From NCBI GenBank assembly GCA_030324005.1, contig JARDVH010000106.1:72167458-72231457 (forward strand): a DNA stretch of 64,000 nucleotides, given 5' to 3'. This document shows positions 38,716 through 51,680 of the stretch, in pieces. The first letter of the stretch is position 1, and every line of letters starts with the position of its first letter. Under the pieces are notes generated by a model. That model searched no databases. It saw nothing but the letters and a program-made list of their open reading frames with translations, and had not been told where the DNA came from. Position numbers and translations under genes: made by a program. The DNA comes from Negaprion brevirostris. Taxonomy: Eukaryota.

Positions 38716-39769
38716 TGAGCAGAATAGAAATTTGGTAGTTGTAATGACTTTAACAAGGTCCATGAAGTGGACCAGCTAGAACATGAGCTCCCTCATTCAG
38801 GCAGTTACAGTTGTCCAGTCCAGGAGCCCTGCAGAGGTATATAACATGGAGCATTGGGGTTATTGGTACTCAGGGTGTATACTCTGTACTGTGAAGTACT
38901 TGACCGAGCATTACTAACACATGTAAATCAATCTGGATTTGGTGAAGGGACACTGGCTTTGTGGGAGTCACTTCAACAATGATAGGAAATTCTATACTTA
39001 GAGGCTAGGTTCTGTCCTCAATAGCCACAAAGTACTGATGGGTGTGTTGCCTATCCCGTGCCAGGAAAAGAATATATCAGGATGAGTGTAGAGAAATTTG
39101 AAAAGGGAGGGAGAAAATCCAGTTATTGTGATCTGTATTGGAACAAACAACATAGGCAGAAATAGGACAGATGGCCTACCAAGGGAGCATCAGGAATTAG
39201 GAACTAAGTAAAAAAACAGGTGCTCAAGGGTAGTAATCTCCAGATTAGGGATAAAGAATGGCTATTCAGTGTGACAGGAAGTGGGGTCAGACATGATAGG
39301 ACCACTGCTGTTCACAATTTTTATTAGCAATTTAGACTTTGAAATCAAAAACATTATTTCTAAATCTCTGGACAATGTAAGTTGGTACATAGTACTGAGG
39401 GATATTGCAGTATATTTAAAGAAGATATTAATAAACTGGTTGTATGAGTATATGATTGGCAAATGAATTTCAACAGTGTGAGATGATACATTTTGATGAG
39501 AGGTTGCCTTTTACTTGGGAAATAAGAATCTAAATGGAGCAGGAGAACAAAGGGACCTAAAAGTATAAATAATAGCAACACTGGTTAATAAGGCATACAG
39601 AAACTAAGTTTCTTTTTAGAGAAATAGATTTGAAAATAGGGAAGTTATGCTAAACCTGTATCAGACTCTGGTTTCCCGAGTACTGGGTACAGTTCCAACG
39701 CCATATTAAAAAATATAGAGGTAATGAAGAGAGTGTAGAAATGCTAGGTTCCAATAACTGACAACCAAG

Positions 39770-41370
39770 AACTTGTAACAGTAATAGTTCATTCAACTGT
39801 CTGAGCAACTCTGCCCATGCTCTGAGGAGAACTCCTGCACTTCCCATCACATGACCCTTTAAGTAGCCACACCATTACATCACCACCCGGTCTGTATTTT
39901 CCCCTTTTAAATTAGGACAACCAGCAGGATAAGAGCTCACTGCCAGTGGAGATCCCATAGGACATACAAAGAAAACAGTATTTACATATACTGGAGACGT
40001 GAAGGTGATAAATTTCAAAGTTTCTTCATCTAGCAGGGTCTGCTAGAACCCACATTTTGCATTCAAGATTCTGAAAACATTAGCATTGGGCATGTCTGCT
40101 ATCACCTGCTCCACTTTCCTCATTGAATGAAGAGGTTTGAGCAGCACTTTAAGTGCAGAGTATCAATGCAATGCTGACAAGCCATCTTTCTTTAATGCAG
40201 CCACCATTACTGAAACCCATTCTGTGACTTCATCTATAGGAATTATGACACCCAGTGTCATCATCCGATGTATTGACTATTTTCTCCTTCATGACTATTC
40301 GTATTCTTTGCGGAGAACAGTCCATTGGTGGTAGCGAGTCATCTAGTCTCATGTATTATTATATTATTGATAGCTTACCAATGACTTCACAGTTGAAGAG
40401 CACTTTCTACTCTGTCATTTCCGGGCCTACTGTTGCAGAGCATGTACATCTGAACCAAAACCAAGTTGGAAGAGCCCTTCTATGGTGTTGTCCCAAAGAC
40501 CCAATAGTAGCCTTATGTTCTGATTTACTATACAAAATTTAAAGCTGCTTTGTGCATGATGGAGAGTGGCCACACCTTGAGTGCAGATGGTCATCTACTG
40601 TAGGTCACGAGGTTCACCTGGGTATCGAGGTTTGGTACTGCATATGAGTCTAGTTCCTGTAGCATTTGACTAGGCAAAACACTTTGCTCCAGTATCAGTC
40701 TTTACCTTCAGTTTTGCATTGCTGCAAATCATATTCAGGGCAATGAAGGTCACATCTTTTTCGGTGATGGTGTTAACCCTCTCATAATAGAGAGTTGTTG
40801 AAGGCTCAGTGATTTGGTTGCTCTGGATGAACTCCAGTTTGTTCACCATGCTGATGCTCCTAACCTTGGAGGACTTATCGGCTGCAACATGGCTGGTGGC
40901 AGAGGAAGGCAGCTGTAGTTTAGATTTGAGGCATTTTGCGAAAGGATTCCACTTGTCACATTTATTACCATATGCCAAACATGCTGTTCTGCTCTGAAGA
41001 TGATGGCCATGGTAGTTGGGACAGGGCGTGGCCAATATAGTGGCAACATCTGTTTCTCACCTAAACCCCTCACTACTTTTTTCAGACTGTTTGTTTAGTA
41101 TGCAGATGCTAATAGCTGTTTGCAGTACTAAATCGCTCTTTTGCAGCAGCTCTTTGCAAACAAGGTCACCAGAGATCTCATAGACCTTTCTATCCGTGAC
41201 TGCCTCATTGGTAAGGGCAAATAGTTATTTCTTTGCTGGAAATTTCAAGGTTACTGTGTATGACTGTGTATCAATTCGTCAGATTTTTGATTTATAGAGT
41301 TAAATGCTTGCCTAATGCGTATTATGTTCTTCACTGGTAGCCAAATATTTTCAAACTTTTGAAAGATTAT
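39770..41370 (-). mobile_element. Second Gypsy relic (gag zinc knuckle, protease, internally deleted pol, PPT/LTR)
   Basis: CLAYGNKCDKWNPFAKC knuckle and LKVKTDTGAKC protease motif (ORF 40670-41035); gag-like VCKELLQKSDLVLQTAISIC; minus-strand PPT AAAAGGGGAAAA near 39900. Confidence 0.75.
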
Positions 41371-41399
41371 TTTGGAGACCTCTTTCTCCTCCTCTACTT

Positions 41400-43275
41400 G
41401 AAGGTGACAGGAGGTTGGGTCTGTCTTCTAATCAACATCTCTTGGTGCCTAGATGTCGTAACACTGGTGAGTTTCTGCTCTCCAGAAGTAGAATACCTAA
41501 AATGCCTCCCCTACTACCTTCCACAGGAATTCACCTCTGTTATCCTGATAGCAATTTAAACTGCACCCCATGCAGACGTGAAGACAATGCTGGACAAAAT
41601 ATACACCACCACAAATAGCCTTGAGACAAAGCATCCTGAGGCCTTGTTCATCATGGCCAGGAACTTCAATTAGGCCAATCTCAGGTGTGTCCTACCAAGA
41701 AACCACCAACTCATTTTCTGTTCCATCAGAGGACCAAACATTCTAGAACACTGCTACACAAATATCAAGCATGCCTACCGCTCTATCGCCTACCCACAAT
41801 TTGGCAAATCAGACCACAAGGCTGTGCTCTTACAAACAAAAATTGAAATAAGAGAATCCATTAAAGAAAGTCGTGCAATGTTTGTCTGAGCAATCGGATG
41901 ATCTCTTACGGGACTACTTCGAGGCAGTGGACTGGTCAATATTTAAAAACTCAGCGACTAACCTGAACAAGTACAGCACTACAGTAACTGACTTCATTAG
42001 TAAGCGAGTAGAAGGTTGTGTGCCAAAGAAGCAAATCCATGTGTTTCCCAACTGAAAACCATGGATGAACAGAGATATCCATTACTTGCTAAAGTGCAGG
42101 TCGGAGACATTTAAGTCAGACGACCCTGACCTATACAAGAAAACTAGATATGATCGATGGAGATCCAAGGATGCCAAAAGACAGTACTGGACCAAGCTAG
42201 TGTCCCAGGCTGGTCACACAGACTCCCACTGACTATGGCAAAGTCTGCAAGACATAACAGGCTACAAGATGAAGGTATATAGAATCACCAGCACCAATGC
42301 ACCCCTCTCTGATGAGCTCAATGCATTCTATGTCCGTTTTGAGCAATTGGTCAGTGAGCACATGCTGACCTCAGCCAAACACATAACTGAAGTCACCATC
42401 ACAGACATCAGAGCAGCCTTCTCGAAAATCAACCCACGGAAAACGAGCGGCCCATTGGGGTACCCAGACGAGCACTGGGATCCTGCAGTCCAGCTGGCGT
42501 AGGTATTCGCAGAGATCTTTAACCTCTCTTTACACCAATTGGAGGTCTCTATCTGCTAATAATCTGTCCCTCAATGTCAAAAAAATGAAGGAGATTGTCA
42601 TCGACTTCAGGAAGTGTAGTGGAGGACATGCCCCTGTCTACATCAACGGGGATTAAGTGGAAATGGTCAAGGCCTTCAAATTTTTGGGCGTCCAGATCAA
42701 TCTATCCCGGTCCCTCCATGCTGACACTATAGTTAAGAAAGACCACCAATGCTTCTACTTTCTCAGGAGGATCAGGAAATTTGGCATGTCAGCTCCAACT
42801 CTCAACAGCTTTTACAGATGCACCATAGGAAGTATTCTTTCTGGTTGAATCAGCTTGATGTGACTCCTGCTCAGTCCAAGACTGCAAGAAACTACAAAGG
42901 GCTATGAACAAAGCTGAGTCCATCACACAAACCAGCCTCCCATCCAGAGCAGCCAACATAACCAAGGACCCCACATCACCGGACATACCCTCTTCCACCT
43001 TCTTCCATGTGGATGAATATACAATAATCTGAGGCCATGTACCAACTGACTCAAGAACAGTTTCTTCGCTGCTGCCATCAGACGTTTGAATGGGCCCAGC
43101 TCCTATTAAGTTGATATTTCTCTACACCCTAGCTATGAGTGTGACACGACATTCTGCACTCTCTCCTTTCCTTCTCTATGTACGGTATGTTTTGTTTGTA
43201 TACTGCACAAAAAACAAACAGTACTTTTCACGGTATGCTAATACATGTGACAATAATAAATCAAAGCAAATAAAA
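41400..43275 (+). mobile_element. Rex1/Babar LINE (endonuclease to 3' tail, most of the RT deleted)
   Basis: GGWVCLLINISWC..CSPEVEYLKCLPYYLPQEFTSVILIA; FGKSDHKAVL; DELNAFYVRFE; FYRCTIGSILSG; tail AATAAATCAAAGCAAA. Confidence 0.9.
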
Positions 43276-43761
43276 ATGATTCAAAGTTCTCAACTGTCCC
43301 AGGGCCCACTCGATTTAGTACGGGATNNNNNNNNNNNNNNNNNNNNNNNNNNNNNNNNNNNNNNNNNNNNNNNNNNNNNNNNNNNNNNNNNNNNNNNNNN
43401 NNNNNNNNNNNNNNNNNNNNNNNNNNNNNNNNNNNNNNNNNNNNNNNNNNNNNNNNNNNNNNNNNNNNNNNNNNNNNNNNNNNNNNNNNNNNNNNNNNNN
43501 NNNNNNNNNNNNNNNNNNNNNNNNNNNNNNNNNNNNNNNNNNNNNNNNNNNNNNNNNNNNNNNNNNNNNNNNNNNNNNNNNNNNNNNNNNNNNNNNNNNN
43601 NNNNNNNNNNNNNNNNNNNNNNNNNNNNNNNNNNNNNNNNNNNNNNNNNNNNNNNNNNNNNNNNNNNNNNNNNNNNNNNNNNNNNNNNNNNNNNNNNNNN
43701 NNNNNNNNNNNNNNNNNNNNNNNNNNNNNNNNNNNNNNNNNNNNNNNNNNNNNNNNNNNNN

Positions 43762-44320
43762 NGTGGATGCTGGGACAGTGAGTAAATTTAAGGAGAAGTT
43801 AGACAGATTTTTAATTGGTAATGGGTTGAAGGGTTATGGGGGAAAGGCAGGAAAATGGGGATGAGGAACATATCAGCCATGTTTGAATGGTGGAGCGGAT
43901 TTGACGGGTCAAATGGCCTCGTTCTGCTCCTATATCATGAAGAAGAGGTCAAAGGATGAACTAAGTGAGGTCTTTAAAAATTCTCAAAGGTTTGGCTCAA
44001 GTGGATACAGAGAGAATGTTTCCTCTTATGAGGAAGAGCAAAAGTAGAGACAATCAATAAAGATAAGCAACAAGAAATCCAATAGGAAATCAGGAGAATC
44101 CTCTTCCACCAAGGAGTGGTGAGAATGAGGATCTCACTACAATCAGAAGTGGTTGAAGTGAATCGTATGGAAGGATTTCAGGCAATCACCCTAAGTATGA
44201 GAGAGAAATGAATTGATGATTATGCTTACGGAGGTAAATAAGGAAGCATGGAGGAGTGGAGCATAAGCAACAGCACCAACTGTTTGGGCCGATTGGCCTG
44301 TATTGTATATTCCATGTAAT
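43762..44320 (+). mobile_element. Two adjacent CR1 3' ends
   Basis: FKEKLDRFLIGNGLKGYG plus 3'UTR to ~43940, followed by an older EVFK-LKG..VVRM..VVEV copy. Confidence 0.75.
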
Positions 44321-44759
44321 TCACAAAGCAAAGTATTGACCAGGATCTTCACCTCCAAGAAACTGATGAAATCATTGCACGCTGGCCTACCTAGATCAGA
44401 CAGCTGTTATGTATGTTCACCTCTCGAACAACATTAAGCGCCCTCAGTTAATTTGAGTTTGTTTACTTCTTTGACATGCAAAAGAGCACCATGAACTTTG
44501 GTGCAGCGTCTTAGTAGCACTAACAGAGCAGCCTTAGTACTCTCTTTGGATCCAGAACAGCCAAATTGACCAAGTGACGGAGCAGCTCTTCCTCACAACA
44601 TATTCAGGAGTTTGACTAACATTGCAGCCAACCTCCACATTAGCAGCAATGACCTCAGCTCTCTGAAAGTCCCCTTAATTGAGGAACCAACTAGGGATTT
44701 TTCCCATCAAGCCTTTACCTGAAGGCACGACCACTACTGATCCAAACATTCACGGAGTG

Positions 44760-44975
44760 CAATAAAAGCAAAATCTGAAATAAAAACAGAAAATGTTGGA
44801 AAAACTCAGCAGGTCTTGTGAGTTTACTATCAAATAAATCAGTTGGACTTAAACCTGGTGTTGTCAGACTTCTTACTGCGTTTACCCCAGTCCGACGCCG
44901 GCGTCTCCACATCATCAGTATCTGTGGAGACAGAAACAGAGTTAACATTGAGTCCGTATGACTTCTTCAGTGGTA
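44760..44975. mobile_element. Nested termini of two Penelope families
   Basis: Minus-strand terminus AAACAGAAAATGTTGGAAAAACTCAGCAGGTC..TCTGTGGAGACAGAAACAGAGTTAAC, interrupted at ~44830-44915 by the GTTGGACTT-AAACCTGGTGTTG tail of the other family. Confidence 0.55.
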
Positions 44976-45011
44976 ACATTTTTAAAATCTGAAACATTGC
45001 ACCCAAACCCA

Positions 45012-45127
45012 CTGGCCGGAATTTTACTGCCCCACCCGCCACAGGAATTGTGGGCAAGGGGCGGACGGTGGGAATGTCTGTTGACCTTGGCAAGATTTTA
45101 CAGTTTCAGGACAAGCGAGGCTGTAAA
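45012..45127. mobile_element. Short MITE, same family as 46475-46600 in the opposite orientation
   Basis: GGCCGGAATTTTAC..GGCTGTAAA terminal inverted motifs; reverse-complement similarity to 46475-46600. Confidence 0.55.
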
Positions 45128-46361
45128 NNNNNNNNNNTTGCCAATATCTCTGTTTAACCAGAGACAAAGATCAATCCTTTCCCTGAAAAGTGGCAGCTCT
45201 AAAGGTTTTTGAAGAGCCTGTGGGCATCCATTTCAATTGCTCTTTTATTTATAATTCACAGCGGCTGAGTTTCTCAGCAGGTTAAAGCATGCAAGAAGGG
45301 ACAGATCAATGAGGTAATTGCATTTACAGCACTGAATGTGGGCTATGTGGAGCATAAGTATTTCCTCCACAATTTTTCCTACTTCCAATGATCTCCAACT
45401 CCTTGCCACAATCTCCACTATCCACAATCTTCCCTTTCCTAGCACAAACAATACAACCACCTTTAGATGAGCTACTTTGCGGATTCAAGTATGAACATTT
45501 CTCCATCCTAGACCCAGCCAACATTCTCTTCCAGACACATTTTCAAATCTTTGACTTTCACCATCAAAGAGGGTCAAACCTAGTGGATGTCTATGAACAA
45601 ATCTAATAATGGTAGGACAATGTTGAAAGACATGGAAACAGAGCTTAAATTTATCACTACTGTATTATGAATCACATGATTATTCATTGCACATTTATCT
45701 TTTGACATCAAGCACTGCTTGTATATTCTGTTAATTGGTGAAGAATAGTAGAACAAGTAGCAGGAATAGGCCATCCAGCCCCTCNNNNNNNNNNNNNNNN
45801 NNNGTGGCCTTAATTTCATCTACCTGATTGCCCTCTCCCCTGCTCTAACCCTTGACTACCTTGTCAATCAAAAAGCTGTCTAAATCTGCTTTGAATACAT
45901 TCAATGACCCACTCTCTGCTCTCTGAGGAAAGAAGTTATACGTCTAAGAAAAATATTCTCCTCGGTATTTGATGGGAGTCCCCTAATTTTTAAATTGTGT
46001 CTTCTAACCACTGCAATTAAATCTTAAGACACTGACCTTTGCTCTATGTTCAAAGAATTAGCAGATACGAGGGATCTGGAGATGCGTATGGACACCTGTT
46101 CCTTGGCAAGGTATACAATATTCCCAATATTTTGTCAAACTGTAAGAAATACATTTTAAGATAGGTATATCTTCAATCACGTAATCTATCATGAGAGAAA
46201 AAAATCATGTGTATTTCATTGTATCTTATCGCTGCTGTGTATCCTACTTGTAAATAAATTACTATTTTAAGACAATAACCATTGCTGACAATCATAATGG
46301 ATGTGGTGCCAGCTGGAAATCCAGCAGGCAGCTTATCAGTGTTCTCCAATGACCTGAGTTA

Positions 46362-46840
46362 GAATCATAGAATACTTACAGTGCAGATGAAGGCCATTCA
46401 GCTCATTGAGTCTGCACCGATTCTCTGACAGCATCTCAGCCAGGCCCACCCCTGCCCTATCCCTGCAACACCATGGGCAAGATTTTACAGCCTTGCTCGA
46501 GCGAGACTGGAAATTCCCACCGAAGATCAATGGACATTTCCATTGTTCGTCCCTCATCCACTCTGATTCTGTGGCTGGTGGGGCAGTAGAGTTCCAGCCC
46601 ACATATTTACCCCTCTAATCCCCCTAACCTATATATTTTTAGTCACAAAGGGACAATTCAGCATGGCCAGTCCAGCTAACCTGCACATTTTTTGGACTAT
46701 GGGAGGAAACTGGTGCACCTGGAGGAAACCCACACAGAATATTAATTCTGGGAGAATGTCACTAACAGTCACTCAAGGCCAGAATCGAACTCAGGTCCCT
46801 GGTGCTGTGAGGCAGCAGTGCTAGCCACTCTGCCAACATG
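46362..46840 (-). mobile_element. HE1-type V-SINE with a ~125-bp MITE inserted at ~46475-46600
   Basis: Minus-strand head GGCAGAGTGGCTAGCACTGCTGCCTCACAGCACCAGGGACCTGAGTTCGATTC, V-domain and tail TTCTATGATTCT; the MITE GGGCAAGATTTTAC..GTTCCAGCCC splits it. Confidence 0.8.
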
Positions 46841-49084
46841 ATGAAATTCTATCAGTTCATCAGTACTGCANNNNNNNNNNTAAACCTTATCTTTGGTAGT
46901 ATGTATCTAAACCTTCTGAAATTTAAGTGATAGAAATGTTTTGCTGCAACAAAAATGTGCACTCCACTGGGTAAATCTTGTACAGGGGATGGTCTCCCTG
47001 CCTCGGAACCAGTAACTGCAGGTTCAAATTCCATCCCAGGAATTATTGACCAAGAATTTGTGTTCATAACACAATCAAACAGGTTGAATATTAATCTGCA
47101 AATCCTTCCAACACACCAATGGCAGGCAGTAAGAGCAAGAGAGATTCCTGGTCAGTCATGCTTGACACAGAATGGTGCCCCTCAACCTATAAGCCTCTGG
47201 CGACAGACTGGTGAACTATTCTGGGAATTACTAGCTATGGAAACAGATGGAGGTTTGCTACAGTGCACCACTAGTTGCTGGAAGAGAATTGAAACACTGG
47301 GTAAATAGTGTAGATTTCTCAATAGTTTGAAATGGACACCCTTAAATGTACCATTAATATTCTGACCTGTGATTGCCAGCATTAACTGTAATCAACAGTA
47401 TCATTATTGTTCTAGGATTAAATAATCGTAATCACACAGCAAAAAGAAATTCAGATGGCATTGCGCTTTCACATTTTAAAGGAGATAAGACAGCCTGGTG
47501 GGCATGCCACACTATCCTTGGAGCACTGTGAAGGGTGGTCCCTGGAGCACCATGAGGGGGTTCACTGCTTCCACCTGTGGGGAGAAGATATATTTTGCCA
47601 GAATCTATTTACACTTAACTATGATTAGCTTATTCTTACATTCAGTGCTATCACTGTACTATAGAGATTTAGGTCACAGGTGGTGCTTACCAATTTGGTG
47701 AAAGATTTTGCGTGGACATAGTCTCCACCAAGTATTTTATCCCTTTGCTGAAGATTCTGATTACTCTGGAGAGTAATGAGCTGACAAAATCATGTAGCAA
47801 TTCCAACGTAAGATGAATTAACTAAAGGGTTTCTGATGTCCTCTACAACACTGATGTAGCCATCTCTAAGTGGCTACATCCTGTAACGGGTAAAGCCAAG
47901 AGGCTTGGACTGAGGATGCTCCAAGACTAAATTGGTCTAATCCTCCAGGTTAGTTAAGATGTGGAGGTTTGATGCCAAAGAACAACCCTTCAGTAATAGC
48001 CACTCCAGCTGGGACAGCGGGGTAGAATTGTGGTCCTTGCTTGTGTTGAATGACCTTCATACATTTTGCCTTTTGTGATTGTTCTGAATCTATGTTTCAC
48101 CTTTCCTCCTTATTCTGGCCATTTGGTCTTGCACCCAGCCATTTTCCAGTATTGGTCCAGAATTTCCTGAGAAGTATTGCAAGTGCATGCTTTTAAAATC
48201 CAGCAGAGTGCAAAGAGGAAGAGATATCTCAAAAGTTGTAGCACACCATGAATTGCTGGGCCCTTTTCAGTGCTCTTGTCATTTAGCAAAGGGTTGTGCA
48301 AAAAGAACCAAAAGTAAGCCTTGTAACTTAAACATGGGGAACTCTTTATTATAGATGTGCGCTGTCCACAGTCAAATCTTGAATTCTTTAACCAGGTTAC
48401 ATGCTGGGAAGAGCTAATCCCCAAGGGGTCACCTGACTTACACTCTTAAAGAGGCAGTATGTATCCCAAAACCCCAACATACTTATATGTATATATCACA
48501 ATCTCTAACCTTATATTGGTGTTCATCTTGTTTTTCTTCTAAGTTGATTGAATTACTAAATAAGACTATAACATCACCACAGATATCTTAGGCATGCAGG
48601 TGATACCATTTTAGTGATTAGTAAGAAATCATTCAATAGGGTACTGGATAATAGGTTAATGGCTTCAGCATCATTGGCTAATTAGAAAAGGCCAAAAGCA
48701 AAGGAAATAACACGATTAGATATAAAGCTTAATACTTCTGATGAAAAATAATTTGAAGTTACAGATGACAGTATGGATATCTTTGTCTATTATGAATGTA
48801 TTTTGTGTGATACAGGCTAACTCATGATTCGGGTTCAGATTAAAATTCTTCAGATCAAAGGAAACAAACTGAATGTGTTAGCTTAGACAATGTAAGAACC
48901 ATAAAGGATCCTCAGGAGTGACTTGATTTGAAGACAGCATATCTGGTTTACATTTGTTATTCTGGAAAAGGTATGAATGCTATGAAAGGTATAAATGAAT
49001 AGGTAATAAAATCTTTCACATTATAGCCAGAATTAAGACTAAGTAATGCAGGATTGCCATCTACTGGTATAATAGTGTATGATA

Positions 49085-49385
49085 TGGAGATGCCGCTGTT
49101 GGACTGGGGTAAGCACAGTAAGAAGTCTCTCAACTCCAGGTTAAAGTCCAACAGGTTTAATTGGTAGCAAAAGCCACTAGCTTTCGGAGCACTCGGNNNN
49201 NNNNNNNNNNNNNNNNNNNNNNNNNNNNNNNNNNNNNNNNNNNNNNNNNNNNNNNNNNNTGCCCTGTTTGTGAACTGAAATCCCACTCACCTGACGAAGG
49301 AGCAGTGAGCGCTCCGAAAGCTAGTGGCTTTTGCTACCAAATAAACCTGTTGGATTTTAACATGGTGTTGTGAGACTTCTTACTA
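49085..49385. mobile_element. Young palindromic Penelope pLTR element (centre lies in an N-gap)
   Basis: Left arm GTAAGAAGTCTC..GCCACTAGCTTTCGGAGC is the reverse complement of right arm GCTCCGAAAGCTAGTGGC..GAGACTTCTTAC. Confidence 0.85.
49288..49326 (+). ncRNA. Intact minimal type-I hammerhead ribozyme motif
   Basis: CAC-CTGACGA-a-GGAGC-agtgagc-GCTCC-GAA-AGCT-A-GTG: core intact, 5-bp stem II, stem I CAC/GTG, palindromic stem III, CUA triplet. Confidence 0.75.
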
Positions 49386-49779
49386 CAATAATGTATGACA
49401 TAAAGATCACATGGCAATAACCTCAGATTTGACATGTTCGGAGCAAGATGTCTAGAGCAACTATCTCTCTAAGTCTATCAATATCTCAGCAGTTCTTCAG
49501 CATGCAGTGCTGAGATCTGAGCTAGATTGGATCAATCCAGATGAATAGCCCACTGGTAATTACTAAACATTTGGACGCATACTTCCTATCAATATTAAGA
49601 ACACCTAGTTCATTTCCTTTGATGTCTGAACTTTTTATTATTTGATTTAATCTACTTGTTAGCTCAAACACAAACTCAAATTACACAAAAGAAACAGAGA
49701 AAGGTGATCAAAAATAAATAGAAGAGTACAATTTGAGAGACAGAAAAGGAGGAGACACATTTTTAACCAGACAAGATCA

Positions 49780-51680
49780 AATCCAGCCAGTAACAACAGT
49801 GGTGTGTGAAGCTAAAAATCCAATTTGTGTCTGGTGCCAAATGATCTGTGATCTTCCTGGCCCCTTTCGAATGCACAAATCACATGAAAGTTTCTTAGCA
49901 TGAGATTGACTGACTGGATTTCAGTATCATTAGTGAGCTCGGCACACAATCATCCCCACCTCCCAGAGACTTCCCATTTCTCTGGCATGACGTCACGCCG
50001 CTACCAATTAGTACAGATATTTAAAGATGTGGGTCAGTTGCAGCAGTAGTGAAGGAGATGAGTACTGCTGAGCCCCAACATCTGAGGTGCAAAGGTGGAG
50101 CTAGCCGCAGCCATGGTGTGGGATATGGTGGCGAGCTTGCGTTGGTGTGGGGAATTGTGGGACTTGGACATGTCCAAGGACTCACTGGTCAGGGATCACC
50201 ATTGGCTTGGTGCGCACATTCCCCCTGGACACTGAATGACCCCCAAGGGGTTGCATAAGAGGCCATGTCCCAATCACACTAATGTCGCACTTGTTACCCT
50301 GTCATCTGCCTCCTGGGGTTGATGCCAGCAGGCAGATGACAGGGCTGTGAGGTTCATTGCAGACATTCCACCTGTTCATTGCAGACATTCCATCCCAGGT
50401 CCCACTAACAGTAACAAGCTGTTGCCCCAATCAAGGAAACTTGGCAGGTGTTAACACAGTTGTTCACACTGGATAAACTCTGCAGTGCTCCCTGCAATGG
50501 CCACCCATTGCTTGAAAGCCATGAGGGTGCATCTCTGTTGTCAGCCTGAACTGCAAGCCATTTCCGGGAGCCAGTGCACCAGACGTGCAGGTGGATGCAC
50601 GCAGGTCCATATTTCAAGGATTCCCAATGGGGACCTCCTCACAGCCACTCTTATGCTCTATGCGAGCACGGAGCCCAGTCTGTCACATGCTGCCAGCAAT
50701 GACCTGTGGTATCGGGGGGCAGGGGCTGTAGCTGGCCATTTGAAGGAGCAAGCTTGCAGTGCACACCAGCGACCACACAACTTCACGGGCTGCGGAATGC
50801 ATCATGCCACACCATATGAAGGGAGGGTACAGCCATGTGGTAAGCCATTAGTGATTATGAGGGAGCATTTGCAGTGCCTGTGGCCACCATAGTGATGATG
50901 TGGCAATGGTCAGCAGCCCATTGGGATGGGGCATAGCAGCAGCTGGCAGTGTCCAGAGTCATGGGGACATGGGTTAATGGGAGGGATTGAGGAAATGGGA
51001 TGGATAACTTCATGGACCTTCTCCCTCGCTCTCTCCTTACCCACCCTTGACCTGTGCCTCATACTATGGTTAGCAGGCAAGGCATCAGGCAGTCTGCCTG
51101 CACTTAGGCTTATTGAGGCCACTTAGAAGCCTTATTCCACTTCTGCCTGGGGAAAACGGGGACAAAGGGAGCAGCCTGGCAGCTTCAACTGCACGGGCTG
51201 GTGTTGGGCATGAAGAGGATTACCTCTTTTAGGAGGTCTACTGTGCCCTTGGGGCAACCTCCCAAGACTGTGCCCATTCCCGGCCCCTTTATTTCTCCTT
51301 CTGCCACTAAAACCCAAATCTCCATTCCACCCGCCCTCTCACTGGGGTTGGCCTGACCAAAGATCTCTGACTTACCATCTATCCATCTCTCCTTCTTCCT
51401 GAACTGCCTATAGTCCCAGCAGTGGTCAGTGTTCAATTGTGAAGTCCCTGTGTGTTTGACACAGCAGGGATTTCACAGCTGCGCACCAATCAAATTGGCT
51501 GGTAGCTTTCTTGGGCAGACTTCCTCCCAAATGGGGGTGGAGGTCCCACTCTGAACCAATTGAAACTGCCCCTAGCATTTTATTGCTGCTGAGTACTGGA
51601 TTACTGATCGCCTCTGTGCAGATAGATTTTTCAATTGGTAGGGGAGAGAGTAATCCATTCCACCATAAAATCCATCCCAT
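49780..51680 (-). mobile_element. Heavily decayed Harbinger-like element
   Basis: Subterminal text (GATCTTCCTGGCCC-TTTC) shared with ~5180. Minus-strand traces at 50550-50900 resemble HARBI1 IG-LK---C----GAL. Confidence 0.45.

Larger units (their letters stand above)
37250..39740 (+). mobile_element. Old CR1 relic (ORF1 and pieces of ORF2), interrupted by a Penelope element
   Basis: LSNGYNVL (ORF1 linker) before the insert. After it come MVCCL..PVIVICIGTNNIG (esterase-like ORF1), then GPLLFTIFISNLD and W-MNFN (RT). Confidence 0.6.
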
